DNA from: Chlamydiae bacterium CG10_big_fil_rev_8_21_14_0_10_42_34
Lineage (GTDB): Bacteria; Chlamydiota; Chlamydiia; Chlamydiales; SM23-39
Reading direction: 5' to 3'
DNA length: 64,000 bases
NCBI GenBank assembly: GCA_002773795.1
Contig: PFAD01000008.1
Location: forward strand, 132,629-196,628
Each line of letters starts with the position of its first letter. The first letter of the stretch is position 1. The notes below the pieces were generated by a model. The model saw only the letters and a program-made list of their open reading frames with translations, was not told the origin of the DNA and did no database searches. Below, in pieces: positions 53,989-62,754 of this stretch. The position numbers and the translations under genes were made by a program.

Positions 53989-54414
53989 ATGGCAGTTCAA
54001 TTAGGCAACAACCCTAACAATATTTTCCCAGGACAACCTAGTGTTCCATCTCCATATAATCCTCCCCACATGCAAGGAGTCGTTCCTCAATTAAATCTTC
54101 CGCCACAGCGAAGTCAAAGTGCTCCAGTATTTTCTAGCGCAGCTACTCCCGGAACTGTCAATCGTCTTGCTTTGTTGATTTTACAGGGAAGATTAATGGA
54201 AGGCTTACCTTTACTTCCTGAAGAGGTTACTCGCAATCCAGTGGAGAGAGTAAATGAGGACCTAAAGAAAAACCATATTAGTTTAGTCGTTACAGAAAAG
54301 GCTCAACCAGTTACGAAAAGTGACGATTTATCGATCCCTTTGGGTGTGGATGAACGTGATCTACAGAATATTCTAAACGTTTGGGCCCGTACCCACGGTT
54401 TTGCTGAAGAATAG
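53989..54414 (+). CDS. hypothetical protein with Pro-rich N-terminus (141 aa)
   Basis: Strong RBS AAAGGAG 7 nt before the ATG, and a clean terminator 7 nt after the stop. Confidence 0.5.
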   Translation: MAVQLGNNPNNIFPGQPSVPSPYNPPHMQGVVPQLNLPPQRSQSAPVFSSAATPGTVNRLALLILQGRLMEGLPLLPEEVTRNPVERVNEDLKKNHISLVVTEKAQPVTKSDDLSIPLGVDERDLQNILNVWARTHGFAEE

Positions 54415-55092
54415 AAGTTCATGCGGATAGGAAGAAATTTCATCCGCATTTTTTATTTTCACAATCTTTCCCTTTTCCATCACAGCAATTTTATCTGAAA
54501 CGTAGCGGACCATTGCTAGATCATGACCAATAAAGAGCATCGTTAATCCCAGCTCTTTTTGGATCTTTATGAGTAGATTGACAATTTGCGCTTGAATCGA
54601 AACATCAAGCGATGAAATCGGCTCATCACAAATGAGAAATTCAGGATTTAAGGCAAGGGCTCTTGCAATGGCGATCCGCTGCCTTTGTCCTCCGCTAAAT
54701 TCATGAGGGTATCTTTTTTTTGCATCAAGAGGCAGGCCAACGAGTGCGAGGAGTTCATCGACTCGGCTTGGAAGGCGGTGGATTATTGTTGGTTCTGACA
54801 GGATCGCATTGACACTCATTCGAGGATTGAGTGAGGAGTAGGGATCTTGGAAAATCATCTGCATTTTGCGAGGAAGAGAGCCGTTGAGTTTTTTCCCCTC
54901 AAAGGATATCTCGCCCGATGTTGGCTGGATGAGTCCTAACAGAAGTCTTCCCAATGTGGATTTGCCAGAGCCTGATTCACCCATGAGTCCAAAAGTTGTC
55001 CCTCTTTCGATTTGAAAGCAGACATCATCAAGGGCCTTAAATTGAGTTTTCCCCATTTTATAAATTTTGGTGAGGTTTTTCACTTCGATCAT
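54373..55092 (-). CDS. oppF: oligopeptide/dipeptide ABC transporter ATP-binding protein
   Basis: Walker A 'GESGSGKST', signature 'FSGGQRQRI', Walker B 'LICDEP'. ATG 55092 overlaps the oppD stop (ATGA). The C-terminus is short. Confidence 0.85.
   Translation of the reverse strand: MIEVKNLTKIYKMGKTQFKALDDVCFQIERGTTFGLMGESGSGKSTLGRLLLGLIQPTSGEISFEGKKLNGSLPRKMQMIFQDPYSSLNPRMSVNAILSEPTIIHRLPSRVDELLALVGLPLDAKKRYPHEFSGGQRQRIAIARALALNPEFLICDEPISSLDVSIQAQIVNLLIKIQKELGLTMLFIGHDLAMVRYVSDKIAVMEKGKIVKIKNADEISSYPHELLFFSKTVGTGPNV
54421..54459 (+). terminator. rho-independent terminator embedded in the oppF 3' coding end
   Basis: Perfect 8-bp stem atgcggat / atccgcat with a 13-nt loop, followed by TTTTTATTTT. 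Confidence 0.65.
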
Positions 55093-55994
55093 TGCACTCT
55101 CCAACAAGCGATGGGGCCGGGAGGTTCTTCGGAGCATTTTAGCGCTTTGAGTGGGCATCTTTGCTGAAAGGCGCAGCCTTTGATTGGGGCTAATAGATTT
55201 GGAGGAGCGCCCTCGATGAGTGAAAGGGGCTCTGATTTTGGTTTGTCTAGGCGCGGGCGTGAACCTAAGAGCATTTGTGTGTAAGGGTGGCGCGGATTTT
55301 GCAATACTTCTTGAACAGACCCTCTTTCGATGATTTTGCCTGCGTACATCACGAGAACTTTTTCACATGTCTTGGCAATCACGTTAAAGTCGTGACTGAT
55401 GATCAAAAGACTCATCTTAAAAAGATCTTTCATTTTTTGGATGAGATCTAAAATTTGTTGTTGTGTTGCAGTGTCAAGAGCAGTTGTTGGCTCATCTGCG
55501 ATCAGCAGTCTTGGATTGCATGCAAGAGCGGTGGCGATTAGCACCCTTTGTCTCATCCCTCCGCTAAATTGGTGTGGGTATTGATTGGCTCTTAGGTGTG
55601 CGTCTTTTATGCCGACGAGATCAAGAAGTTTAATAGCCCTATGTTTTGCCTCTTTTTTTGAGGCCATTTTATGGTAGATGAGACCTTCAGAAATTTGGGC
55701 GCCGATCTTCATGGTTGGGTTAAGCGAGCTCATCGGATCTTGGAAGATCATCCCGATCTCTTTTCCTGGAACTAAGTTTCGCGTTCCCGCAAATTCGATT
55801 AGCCCACTTACTTTTCCCTCAGTCAGGCCGCTAATGGCTTGAACAGCTGCGCTTTTACCACACCCAGACTCGCCAACAATCCCGACGGACTCTCCCTCAA
55901 GAAGCTCAAAGCTCACACCTCTAACAGCCTGTAGGAGCTGTCCTTGAACAGAAAAGGAGACTAAGAGATCTTTTACAGTTAATAGAGGATTCAT
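55089..55994 (-). CDS. oppD: oligopeptide/dipeptide ABC transporter ATP-binding protein
   Basis: 'GESGCGKSA', 'FSGGMRQRV', 'LIADEPTTALD', and a C-terminal 'HPYTQML' oligopeptide-ABC extension. Confidence 0.9.
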   Translation of the reverse strand: MNPLLTVKDLLVSFSVQGQLLQAVRGVSFELLEGESVGIVGESGCGKSAAVQAISGLTEGKVSGLIEFAGTRNLVPGKEIGMIFQDPMSSLNPTMKIGAQISEGLIYHKMASKKEAKHRAIKLLDLVGIKDAHLRANQYPHQFSGGMRQRVLIATALACNPRLLIADEPTTALDTATQQQILDLIQKMKDLFKMSLLIISHDFNVIAKTCEKVLVMYAGKIIERGSVQEVLQNPRHPYTQMLLGSRPRLDKPKSEPLSLIEGAPPNLLAPIKGCAFQQRCPLKALKCSEEPPGPIACWRVQ

Positions 55995-56044
55995 CTCCTC
56001 AATGTTACTATCTATCGAATGCCAAATACAAGAAATCTCGAGCT

Positions 56045-57592
56045 TTATTTCATATTTGCATAGCTAAAGTCGATCGCTCCGACCGAGTCGAAGGTATATC
56101 CCCTCAGTTTAGGGTGGTGTGCAAAGAGAAATTGGTCGCTGGTAATTGGGATAAAGGGCATTTGATCGAGTAGGATATCTTGCGCCTCGCTAAGTAGGGC
56201 GATCCGTTTTTCAAAATTTGCTTCACTGCCAGCGCTAGTGATTTTTTCTTGATAGCTCGGGAAGACCCACTGGGCAAAATTTGATGAATTTAAAGTAATC
56301 ATCCTTTCCATAAGCTCTAATGGGTCGTGGCAATAGGAGGCCTCAAAGCAGCCGCTGATCTGAAATTGACCCGTTGCTAACTGGGTCCTTAACACATTCC
56401 ACTCTTGGGGCTGGAGCTCAACTTGAATGCCGAGCGTTTGACTCCAGGCCTGCTGTAGGTATTCTGCAAGCTGCTTTCGATTAGCTTGCTGTGAGTAGGT
56501 GATCACAAGTGGCGGAAACGTTTCTCGGGTCATTCCAAGCTCAGCAAGTCCAATATCTAGCAGCTGATTTGCCTCTAATGAGTCTTCTTGAATGGCGAGC
56601 TTTGAAGAGACGGCAAGAAGTGCATTGGGAAGCGCATTAAGGAGGGGTTTTCCCCCGACAAAGACCTTTTCTATGATTGTTTTTCTATCCATCGCTTTGC
56701 TAAGCGCCTTTCGAATGGATGGCGATGATAGAGAGCTATGTTTGGTGTTTAAAAAGACCCAAAACGCTCGATCAATAGGGTGGCTTTGAAGCTTATTTTT
56801 TTCTTTTAAGTGCTCGATTTGATCTGTCGAAAGGGGACATAGAGGTACGCCGATCCAGTCGAGCTCTTTTTGTTCATAAAGGGCAAAGGCAGTATCTGTA
56901 TCTTGCACCATATAGATGTCGATTTGAGGGAGGTGGACATTTTCTTTATTCCAAAAGTGGGGATTGGGCTTGAGTCTTAAAAGCGAATTTTTCTCCCATT
57001 TGTCGACGGTAAACGGGCCATTGAAGCAGGTGACAGTTTGCTCGCTTGCATTTTGAAGAGGCGCGCAGATGGGTTGGGCTAAAAGCTCTAAAAAATGGGG
57101 CGAGGGGCGGTTGAGCTCGACGATGAGTGTTTCTGCATCGGGGCAGTGAACACCGATTTGATCAAGGTCCACTTCTCCTTTTTTTGCAAGGGCGCCATTT
57201 TTAATTGGGAAAAGTAGATCGGAGCGTTTGCAAAACGAGACGGGGGATAGGGCTTGTTTCCACGCTGCTTCATATTGAAATGAGAGAACAGGTGACCCAT
57301 CTGACCAGTTATTTTTCTTTAGAGTAAATCTGTAGGTGAGTCCATCCTCAGAAATTTCAACCGATTTTGCACCCGCGAGGACCGGTTTACCATTTGTATC
57401 AATTCGGGTGAGTCCTTCAAATAGAGTTTTTCCAATCGAAATTCCCCGTAGGTAGATGATTAGGTCATGAGGGTGAAGTGAGGGGAGATCGCCCTCTTGA
57501 AAATCGATTTTTAACGAGCTATTCATAGTCTCCTCGATAGGGGGTTTTTGGCATGAGCCTAAGATGAGAACGAAAAACAAGAGATATTTCAT
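56045..57592 (-). CDS. oppA: oligopeptide-binding lipoprotein (SBP family 5)
   Basis: Lipobox 'VLILGSCQK'. 'LFEGLTRIDTNGKPVLAGAKS' and 'WSDGSPV'. ATGA overlap with the upstream gene. Confidence 0.85.
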   Translation of the reverse strand: MKYLLFFVLILGSCQKPPIEETMNSSLKIDFQEGDLPSLHPHDLIIYLRGISIGKTLFEGLTRIDTNGKPVLAGAKSVEISEDGLTYRFTLKKNNWSDGSPVLSFQYEAAWKQALSPVSFCKRSDLLFPIKNGALAKKGEVDLDQIGVHCPDAETLIVELNRPSPHFLELLAQPICAPLQNASEQTVTCFNGPFTVDKWEKNSLLRLKPNPHFWNKENVHLPQIDIYMVQDTDTAFALYEQKELDWIGVPLCPLSTDQIEHLKEKNKLQSHPIDRAFWVFLNTKHSSLSSPSIRKALSKAMDRKTIIEKVFVGGKPLLNALPNALLAVSSKLAIQEDSLEANQLLDIGLAELGMTRETFPPLVITYSQQANRKQLAEYLQQAWSQTLGIQVELQPQEWNVLRTQLATGQFQISGCFEASYCHDPLELMERMITLNSSNFAQWVFPSYQEKITSAGSEANFEKRIALLSEAQDILLDQMPFIPITSDQFLFAHHPKLRGYTFDSVGAIDFSYANMK

Positions 57593-60378
57593 AGAGGTTC
57601 CTTTATTTTTCCTTGGCTAAAGTCGACGCATCCTTCAGCGTCAAAATGGGAACAGTCGAATCGAGGACTTAGGGCGTAAAGGTGGACATAGTCAAAAAGG
57701 GGAGTTGAGGGGGTGTTTTCCGCTAAGATATTTTCGGCTTGGACTTTCAGTTCATATTGTTTGATGGGATCGCTCTCTTTTTTTGCGCTTGAAATTAATT
57801 CGCGATAGACGAGATGCGACCACTGTGAAAAGTTCCAAGAGCTTGTCCCTTCAAATCTTTCGAGGTAATTTAAAGATCCTAAATTAAGAGTATCTTGGAT
57901 GGTTCCACAGATTTCAAAATTACGGTGCTCTAACTTGCTTCTAAATGTGTTCCAGCTATTTTTTTCAAGTTCAACTCTTATTCCGAGTAGATTGCTCCAA
58001 GTTGTTTGTAAGTAACTTGCAAGTTCATCTCGTCTCGTTTGGTCTGAATAACTAAAGCTTATTGTAGGAAATGATTCTCTTGTGAGCTTGAGTTCTCTTA
58101 ATCCCTCCTCAAAAAATGCCACAGCAATTTGCTTTGAGTAATTTCCATTTGTAGAGGGGATGCTATGGGGAAATATTTCCTGGCAGATCAAAGATCTGTC
58201 GATTGCAAGGCTTAGCGCTCTTCGAATTGGAACGGAGGACAAAACGGGATGTTTTGTGTTGAAGTGCAGAGAAAAGCGCCTTGGAACAACTTTTTTCTGT
58301 AAGAGGCCATCTTTTTGTAATTCGGAGATTTGATCAAATGAGAGGATACTTGTTGGATCTCCAATCCAGTCAATTTTTCCAGCTTTGAAAAGGGAAAAAA
58401 TTGTGTGAATGTTATCAATCCACTGCACATCGACTTGCTCAAAGGTCTCTTTCGAGCTTTTCCAAAAGTAAGGATTTCTTCCCAGCTTGATCCCATTTTT
58501 ATTCATTGTTTCGACAAGGTAGGGACCATTGAACCACTTGGGTTCTCGAGAATTGCCGAAAAGAGGGAAGAAAAATGGTTGTGAAAGTTTGTAGAGAAAC
58601 TCAGAGTCACTTTCTTCCAATTCGATTTGTAAAGTTTCTGGATTGATCACCCGAACGCCAACTTGTTCAATAAAGCATTTTTTTTCTCTGAATCGCTTTG
58701 CATTTTTGATTGAGAAGAGAAGTTCTGGATGGCTCACTGCATCTTGTAACGTCCACTTCCAGCTATCGGCATAGTCAAAGGCTGTGACTTTTTCTCCATT
58801 AGACCAAGAGGCTTTGCGAAGATGAAATGTGTAGGTTCTTTTGTCGTCAGATAAATGATAGCTTTTCGCTCCTGCAAGTTCAGGTTTTCCCTCATGATTT
58901 AGGCGGGTAAGTCCTTCAAAAAGCATTTTATTGAGAAGGCGACAACGCATATCGCCTGCTGAGTAGTGGGGATTAAGTGAAGGAGGGAGTCCTTCTTGGA
59001 AGATGAGTTTCAGCGCATTTTTCTCATTGACTGGGCAGTGCATGAGAGAATCGATCTGTTTTGTGAATTTTCCCGAAAAACATTCGTAGTGGTGATTGCC
59101 AATGGTTAGCTGTGCATAGGCGCTCAGTTCGTTTGTATCGGTCTGTTTTTGCGCAAAGCGGAGAAAGTCGACTCGATTTTCTGTCTTCACAACGGTAAAC
59201 AACCCTGAAGGGGTGCTTTTATTCGTGCACGATCTTGGATCTTGGATGAGCTGGGAAAATACAAGGAGTAGATCTTCAACATCGGATAAATTAAGGGAAA
59301 ACCATTTTTCAAATGGGTGTAGGGCGTAAAATACTTTTTCAGCAAATAGCTCAAAGTAGGGGATTTTAGAAGACAATTGTAGACGCACCATTTCAAAGTG
59401 GTCTTGCTGCTTTTCAAAAAGTCCCCCGTTATAGTCTCTAAAGGGGCCTATCACAGCTTCTAACTGCTTGGATAGATATCTTCTTGCATAAAGTAAATTG
59501 ATCGTCTCTCTCACATCAAATAATTCCGCTTGCATCTTGATGGAAAATGCCTCCACTTCGATCGAAAAAGGGGTGCTTAAAATGTGTTTTGTGTAGCGGA
59601 AAAAATAGAGCGATTCAGGGAGCTTTTCAAGGGCAAGGGCCTGTTTTGCTTTGGGGCGAACTAAATGGACTAAAAATTCTAATGAACTTGAGGTCTGTTC
59701 TTGGAAGTGGATCGATATATGGGGAAGATCTTGCTTACTTTTCATTTCCCGAATTAAGATCTGAATTTGTCTATGAGACTCTTCTTTATTGTAGGGCCAA
59801 AAAACAGCGGGCGTAAGCGGTGAGCTACTTTGCATTTGGTTTTTTAGCGCTTTTTCAATTGCGCGAAGTTGCCCTGAAGATAGATCGTTACCGCGTAGCT
59901 TATTGACCTCGAAATAGCAGTAATAATAGGGGTGTTCTGCTGAGTGCCATAGATAAAAAGATTTCGGAATTTCTGAGATTCCAGGTAGCTGGGCGTCGAG
60001 AGCTTTGAGAAGCTGCTCTTTTTGTAAAGTGAGTGATGAGGAAGAGACAAGACAGACACAAATGCGCGAGGGTCCGCGGAATAGTTTTAAGAAAAGCTGT
60101 TTTTGCGATTTCCCCTCTTGTAGAAGGATCGACTCAATCCTTTTTTGCATGAAAAATTGGACGCAAAGAATCATCCTTAAATGAGAACTTGTCCTTTTCG
60201 TTAAAAAGTCGCCTGGGCTATTGACCACCATTTGCTCAAAACTTCGATACAAAGGGCGATTGAATAATTTTGGGAAGCGAAAGGCTGTTTTTAAAACATC
60301 TTCGCGCAAAATAAGGCGCTGCTTTGTGTTGAGGAAAAGGGGCTCTGAAGAGCTTTGATTTTCTTTTTCTACAAACAT
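57589..60378 (-). CDS. 929-aa fusion: unknown ~450-aa N-terminal domain + SBP family-5 (OppA-like) domain, no signal peptide
   Basis: aa ~455-929 are paralogous to the adjacent OppA ('LKLIFQEGLPPSLNPH...LFEGLTRLNHEGKPELAGAKS...WSNGEKV'). The N-terminus 'MFVEKENQSSSEPLF' is hydrophilic. Confidence 0.75.
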   Translation of the reverse strand: MFVEKENQSSSEPLFLNTKQRLILREDVLKTAFRFPKLFNRPLYRSFEQMVVNSPGDFLTKRTSSHLRMILCVQFFMQKRIESILLQEGKSQKQLFLKLFRGPSRICVCLVSSSSLTLQKEQLLKALDAQLPGISEIPKSFYLWHSAEHPYYYCYFEVNKLRGNDLSSGQLRAIEKALKNQMQSSSPLTPAVFWPYNKEESHRQIQILIREMKSKQDLPHISIHFQEQTSSSLEFLVHLVRPKAKQALALEKLPESLYFFRYTKHILSTPFSIEVEAFSIKMQAELFDVRETINLLYARRYLSKQLEAVIGPFRDYNGGLFEKQQDHFEMVRLQLSSKIPYFELFAEKVFYALHPFEKWFSLNLSDVEDLLLVFSQLIQDPRSCTNKSTPSGLFTVVKTENRVDFLRFAQKQTDTNELSAYAQLTIGNHHYECFSGKFTKQIDSLMHCPVNEKNALKLIFQEGLPPSLNPHYSAGDMRCRLLNKMLFEGLTRLNHEGKPELAGAKSYHLSDDKRTYTFHLRKASWSNGEKVTAFDYADSWKWTLQDAVSHPELLFSIKNAKRFREKKCFIEQVGVRVINPETLQIELEESDSEFLYKLSQPFFFPLFGNSREPKWFNGPYLVETMNKNGIKLGRNPYFWKSSKETFEQVDVQWIDNIHTIFSLFKAGKIDWIGDPTSILSFDQISELQKDGLLQKKVVPRRFSLHFNTKHPVLSSVPIRRALSLAIDRSLICQEIFPHSIPSTNGNYSKQIAVAFFEEGLRELKLTRESFPTISFSYSDQTRRDELASYLQTTWSNLLGIRVELEKNSWNTFRSKLEHRNFEICGTIQDTLNLGSLNYLERFEGTSSWNFSQWSHLVYRELISSAKKESDPIKQYELKVQAENILAENTPSTPLFDYVHLYALSPRFDCSHFDAEGCVDFSQGKIKEPL

Positions 60379-60443
60379 AAAAGAACAACATTTCTTAAAG
60401 AAGACATATAGAATATCTTAATTAAATTTATTTGTGTAGCTTT

Positions 60444-61244
60444 TTAGCGATTTAATCTTGGATCGAGAGAATCTCTTAAGGAATTTCCTAAAAGATTGAA
60501 AGAGAAGATGGTCAAAGTGATCATGATTGCGGGGAAAAATAGTCTCCAGGGGTAATAGCGCATTGCGCTGACGCCGTCGTTGAGCATCACGCCCCAGCTT
60601 GCAGCTGGCGCCTGGATGCCGAGGCCTAAAAAGCTTAAGAACGCCTCTGTGAAAATAGCTGTCGGAATCGTTAGTGTCATGGCGGCAATAATGGGGCCCA
60701 TTGCGTTGGGAAGAAGGTGTCTGAAAAGGATCCTGACGGGCGATGCTCCAAGGGCTCTTGCAGCAGTTATGTAATCGTTTTGTTTAAGTTGCAAAACTTG
60801 GCTGCGGCATATGCGCGCCATATTGATCCACCCAGTAAGTGTCATAGCGATCAAGATTGTGACAATGCCTGAGCCACGAATGACTGTGAGGAGGATCACA
60901 ATAAGCAAGTAGGGGATTGCATGTAAAATATCACAAACGCGCATCATAAGCTCTTCTGCTTTGCCTCCTATATAGGCGGCGATGGATCCCCAAAGGATGC
61001 CAACGATCATATCGATGAGAGCAGCTGTTATGCCCACAAAAAGGGAAATCCTAGCGCCCCACCAGACGCGAGTAAACATATCTCTTCCCAATTCATCTGT
61101 TCCAAACCAAAATTTTAAGCAAGGAGCTGTATTTTTAAGCTCCAGCTGAATGTCTGAATAGGCGTAAGGAGAAAGGAGGGGGCCGATGAGGGCCATTAGT
61201 AGGAGAAACGAGAGTGTAAAGATTGCAAAACGGGCCTTATGCAT
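60444..61244 (-). CDS. oppC: oligopeptide ABC transporter permease
   Basis: BPD-transporter fold with the EAA-like loop 'YITAARALGASPVRILFRHLLPN'. ATG 61244 overlaps the oppB stop by 8 nt. Confidence 0.85.
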   Translation of the reverse strand: MHKARFAIFTLSFLLLMALIGPLLSPYAYSDIQLELKNTAPCLKFWFGTDELGRDMFTRVWWGARISLFVGITAALIDMIVGILWGSIAAYIGGKAEELMMRVCDILHAIPYLLIVILLTVIRGSGIVTILIAMTLTGWINMARICRSQVLQLKQNDYITAARALGASPVRILFRHLLPNAMGPIIAAMTLTIPTAIFTEAFLSFLGLGIQAPAASWGVMLNDGVSAMRYYPWRLFFPAIMITLTIFSFNLLGNSLRDSLDPRLNR

Positions 61245-62178
61245 GGGCCTCCTTACGAAGGGAGATCCTTGGATCCAGTAGCGTGTAGGCAATGTCTACG
61301 ATAAACATTGAGATCATCAAAAACGAGCTGAAAAAAATGGTAAGGCCCATAATCATTGGGTAGTCCCTTCCGTTAATACTTTGGATCATCCATTGTCCAA
61401 GACCTGGGATCGCAAAGATTTTTTCAATCATGAAGCTGCCCGTTAAAATGTAAGTTGTTACGGGGCCTAAATAAGTAATTACGGGTAAAAGGGCGTTGCG
61501 AAGGCCGTGTTTAAGGGAGACGTAGTAAAGGGGGAGTCCTTTGGCAAGGGCTGTACGAATGTAGTCTTGCTGTAGAACTTCAACCATGTTCGAGCGGGTC
61601 AGCCTTGCGATAAATGCTGTGGGTAGAGCTGCGAGGGCAAGGGTTGGCAAAATGGTATGTTCAAAATCGCCCCATCTGGCAACAGGCAGGAGATGAAGTT
61701 TAATGCTAAAAACAAATTGCAAAAGGCTCGATAGGACAAAGTTTGGAACTGAAACGCCAATGGTTGAGATGATCATCGCGGTTTTGTCTTGCCATTTGCC
61801 TTGCCGCATAGCTGCCCAAGTTCCGAGAAAAATTCCTGTGGGGATTGCAAGGCAAAGGGCCTGAAACCCCAATCTTGCTGAGATGGGAAGTCCCTCCGCG
61901 ATGAACTGATTGACCGATCTTCCTTGATAGACAATCGAGGGGCCTAAATCCCCATGTAAAAGGCCTTTCAAATATTTGATATATTGGACCCAAAGTGGTT
62001 GATCGAGCCCAAAGTAGGCATAAAGTGATTTGAGGACCTCCTCAGGAATAACCCTGTCTCCAATAAAAGGATCGCCTGGGATGGCGTGCATGAGAAAAAA
62101 GGTCCCGGTAACAACACACCACAGGGAAATCAGGAGGATTAAAGCTTTTTTTACAAGGTACGAAAACATAGTTGCCAT
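61237..62178 (-). CDS. oppB: oligopeptide ABC transporter permease
   Basis: 'DYIRTALAKGLPLYYVSLKHGLRNALLPV' EAA loop and 6 TM segments. Confidence 0.88.
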   Translation of the reverse strand: MATMFSYLVKKALILLISLWCVVTGTFFLMHAIPGDPFIGDRVIPEEVLKSLYAYFGLDQPLWVQYIKYLKGLLHGDLGPSIVYQGRSVNQFIAEGLPISARLGFQALCLAIPTGIFLGTWAAMRQGKWQDKTAMIISTIGVSVPNFVLSSLLQFVFSIKLHLLPVARWGDFEHTILPTLALAALPTAFIARLTRSNMVEVLQQDYIRTALAKGLPLYYVSLKHGLRNALLPVITYLGPVTTYILTGSFMIEKIFAIPGLGQWMIQSINGRDYPMIMGLTIFFSSFLMISMFIVDIAYTLLDPRISLRKEAHA

Positions 62179-62259
62179 TCAATGTAGCAAAACCTATAAT
62201 ATTTCCCCATCATAGTTGGAAAAAATCACCCTTTTGTAAAGTAGGTTCGAGGAGTTTTT

Positions 62260-62754
62260 GTGTCTTTAGCGACAGTTATATTTAAAGATGGTTACCATCA
62301 GGGAGCGTGCGAGTTTAAGCAAACTCTCAACGAAGAACAGATGGGTGCTTTGAGCACGACTTTTTGTAATTATCAGATTACAAACTATCGCTTTGTAGTT
62401 GCTAGGACAAATACGTTCTCAAATTTTTGCCAGGATTTTTTCTTCCCCACGTTCTTTCACCAGGTAGTAAAAGTTAGGAGAACGGTGGATCGGATTTTTA
62501 GTTATTTGGCCTCCTTGCTGAATGATCTTGCTACTTTGCCCATCCGTTTCATCACCTTGATTCCTCGCATCATCTATAACACTATCCATGGAAAAAAGGA
62601 GCACCCCCTTTATCAGTATTTGTTAGTGCAAGAAGGGGTGCCTCAAGCACTGTTGAATTGCGACCGTATTCATGTAGGAACGCAAGTTGGTGCCAATCCT
62701 ATATTGTTCAAAACTTGTGATTTTGTTCCTTACCCCTGTGATAGCGATGATTAG
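62260..62754 (+). CDS. hypothetical protein (164 aa, GTG start)
   Basis: ORF only. Its stop overlaps the rimO start by 8 nt. Confidence 0.45.
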   Translation: MSLATVIFKDGYHQGACEFKQTLNEEQMGALSTTFCNYQITNYRFVVARTNTFSNFCQDFFFPTFFHQVVKVRRTVDRIFSYLASLLNDLATLPIRFITLIPRIIYNTIHGKKEHPLYQYLLVQEGVPQALLNCDRIHVGTQVGANPILFKTCDFVPYPCDSDD

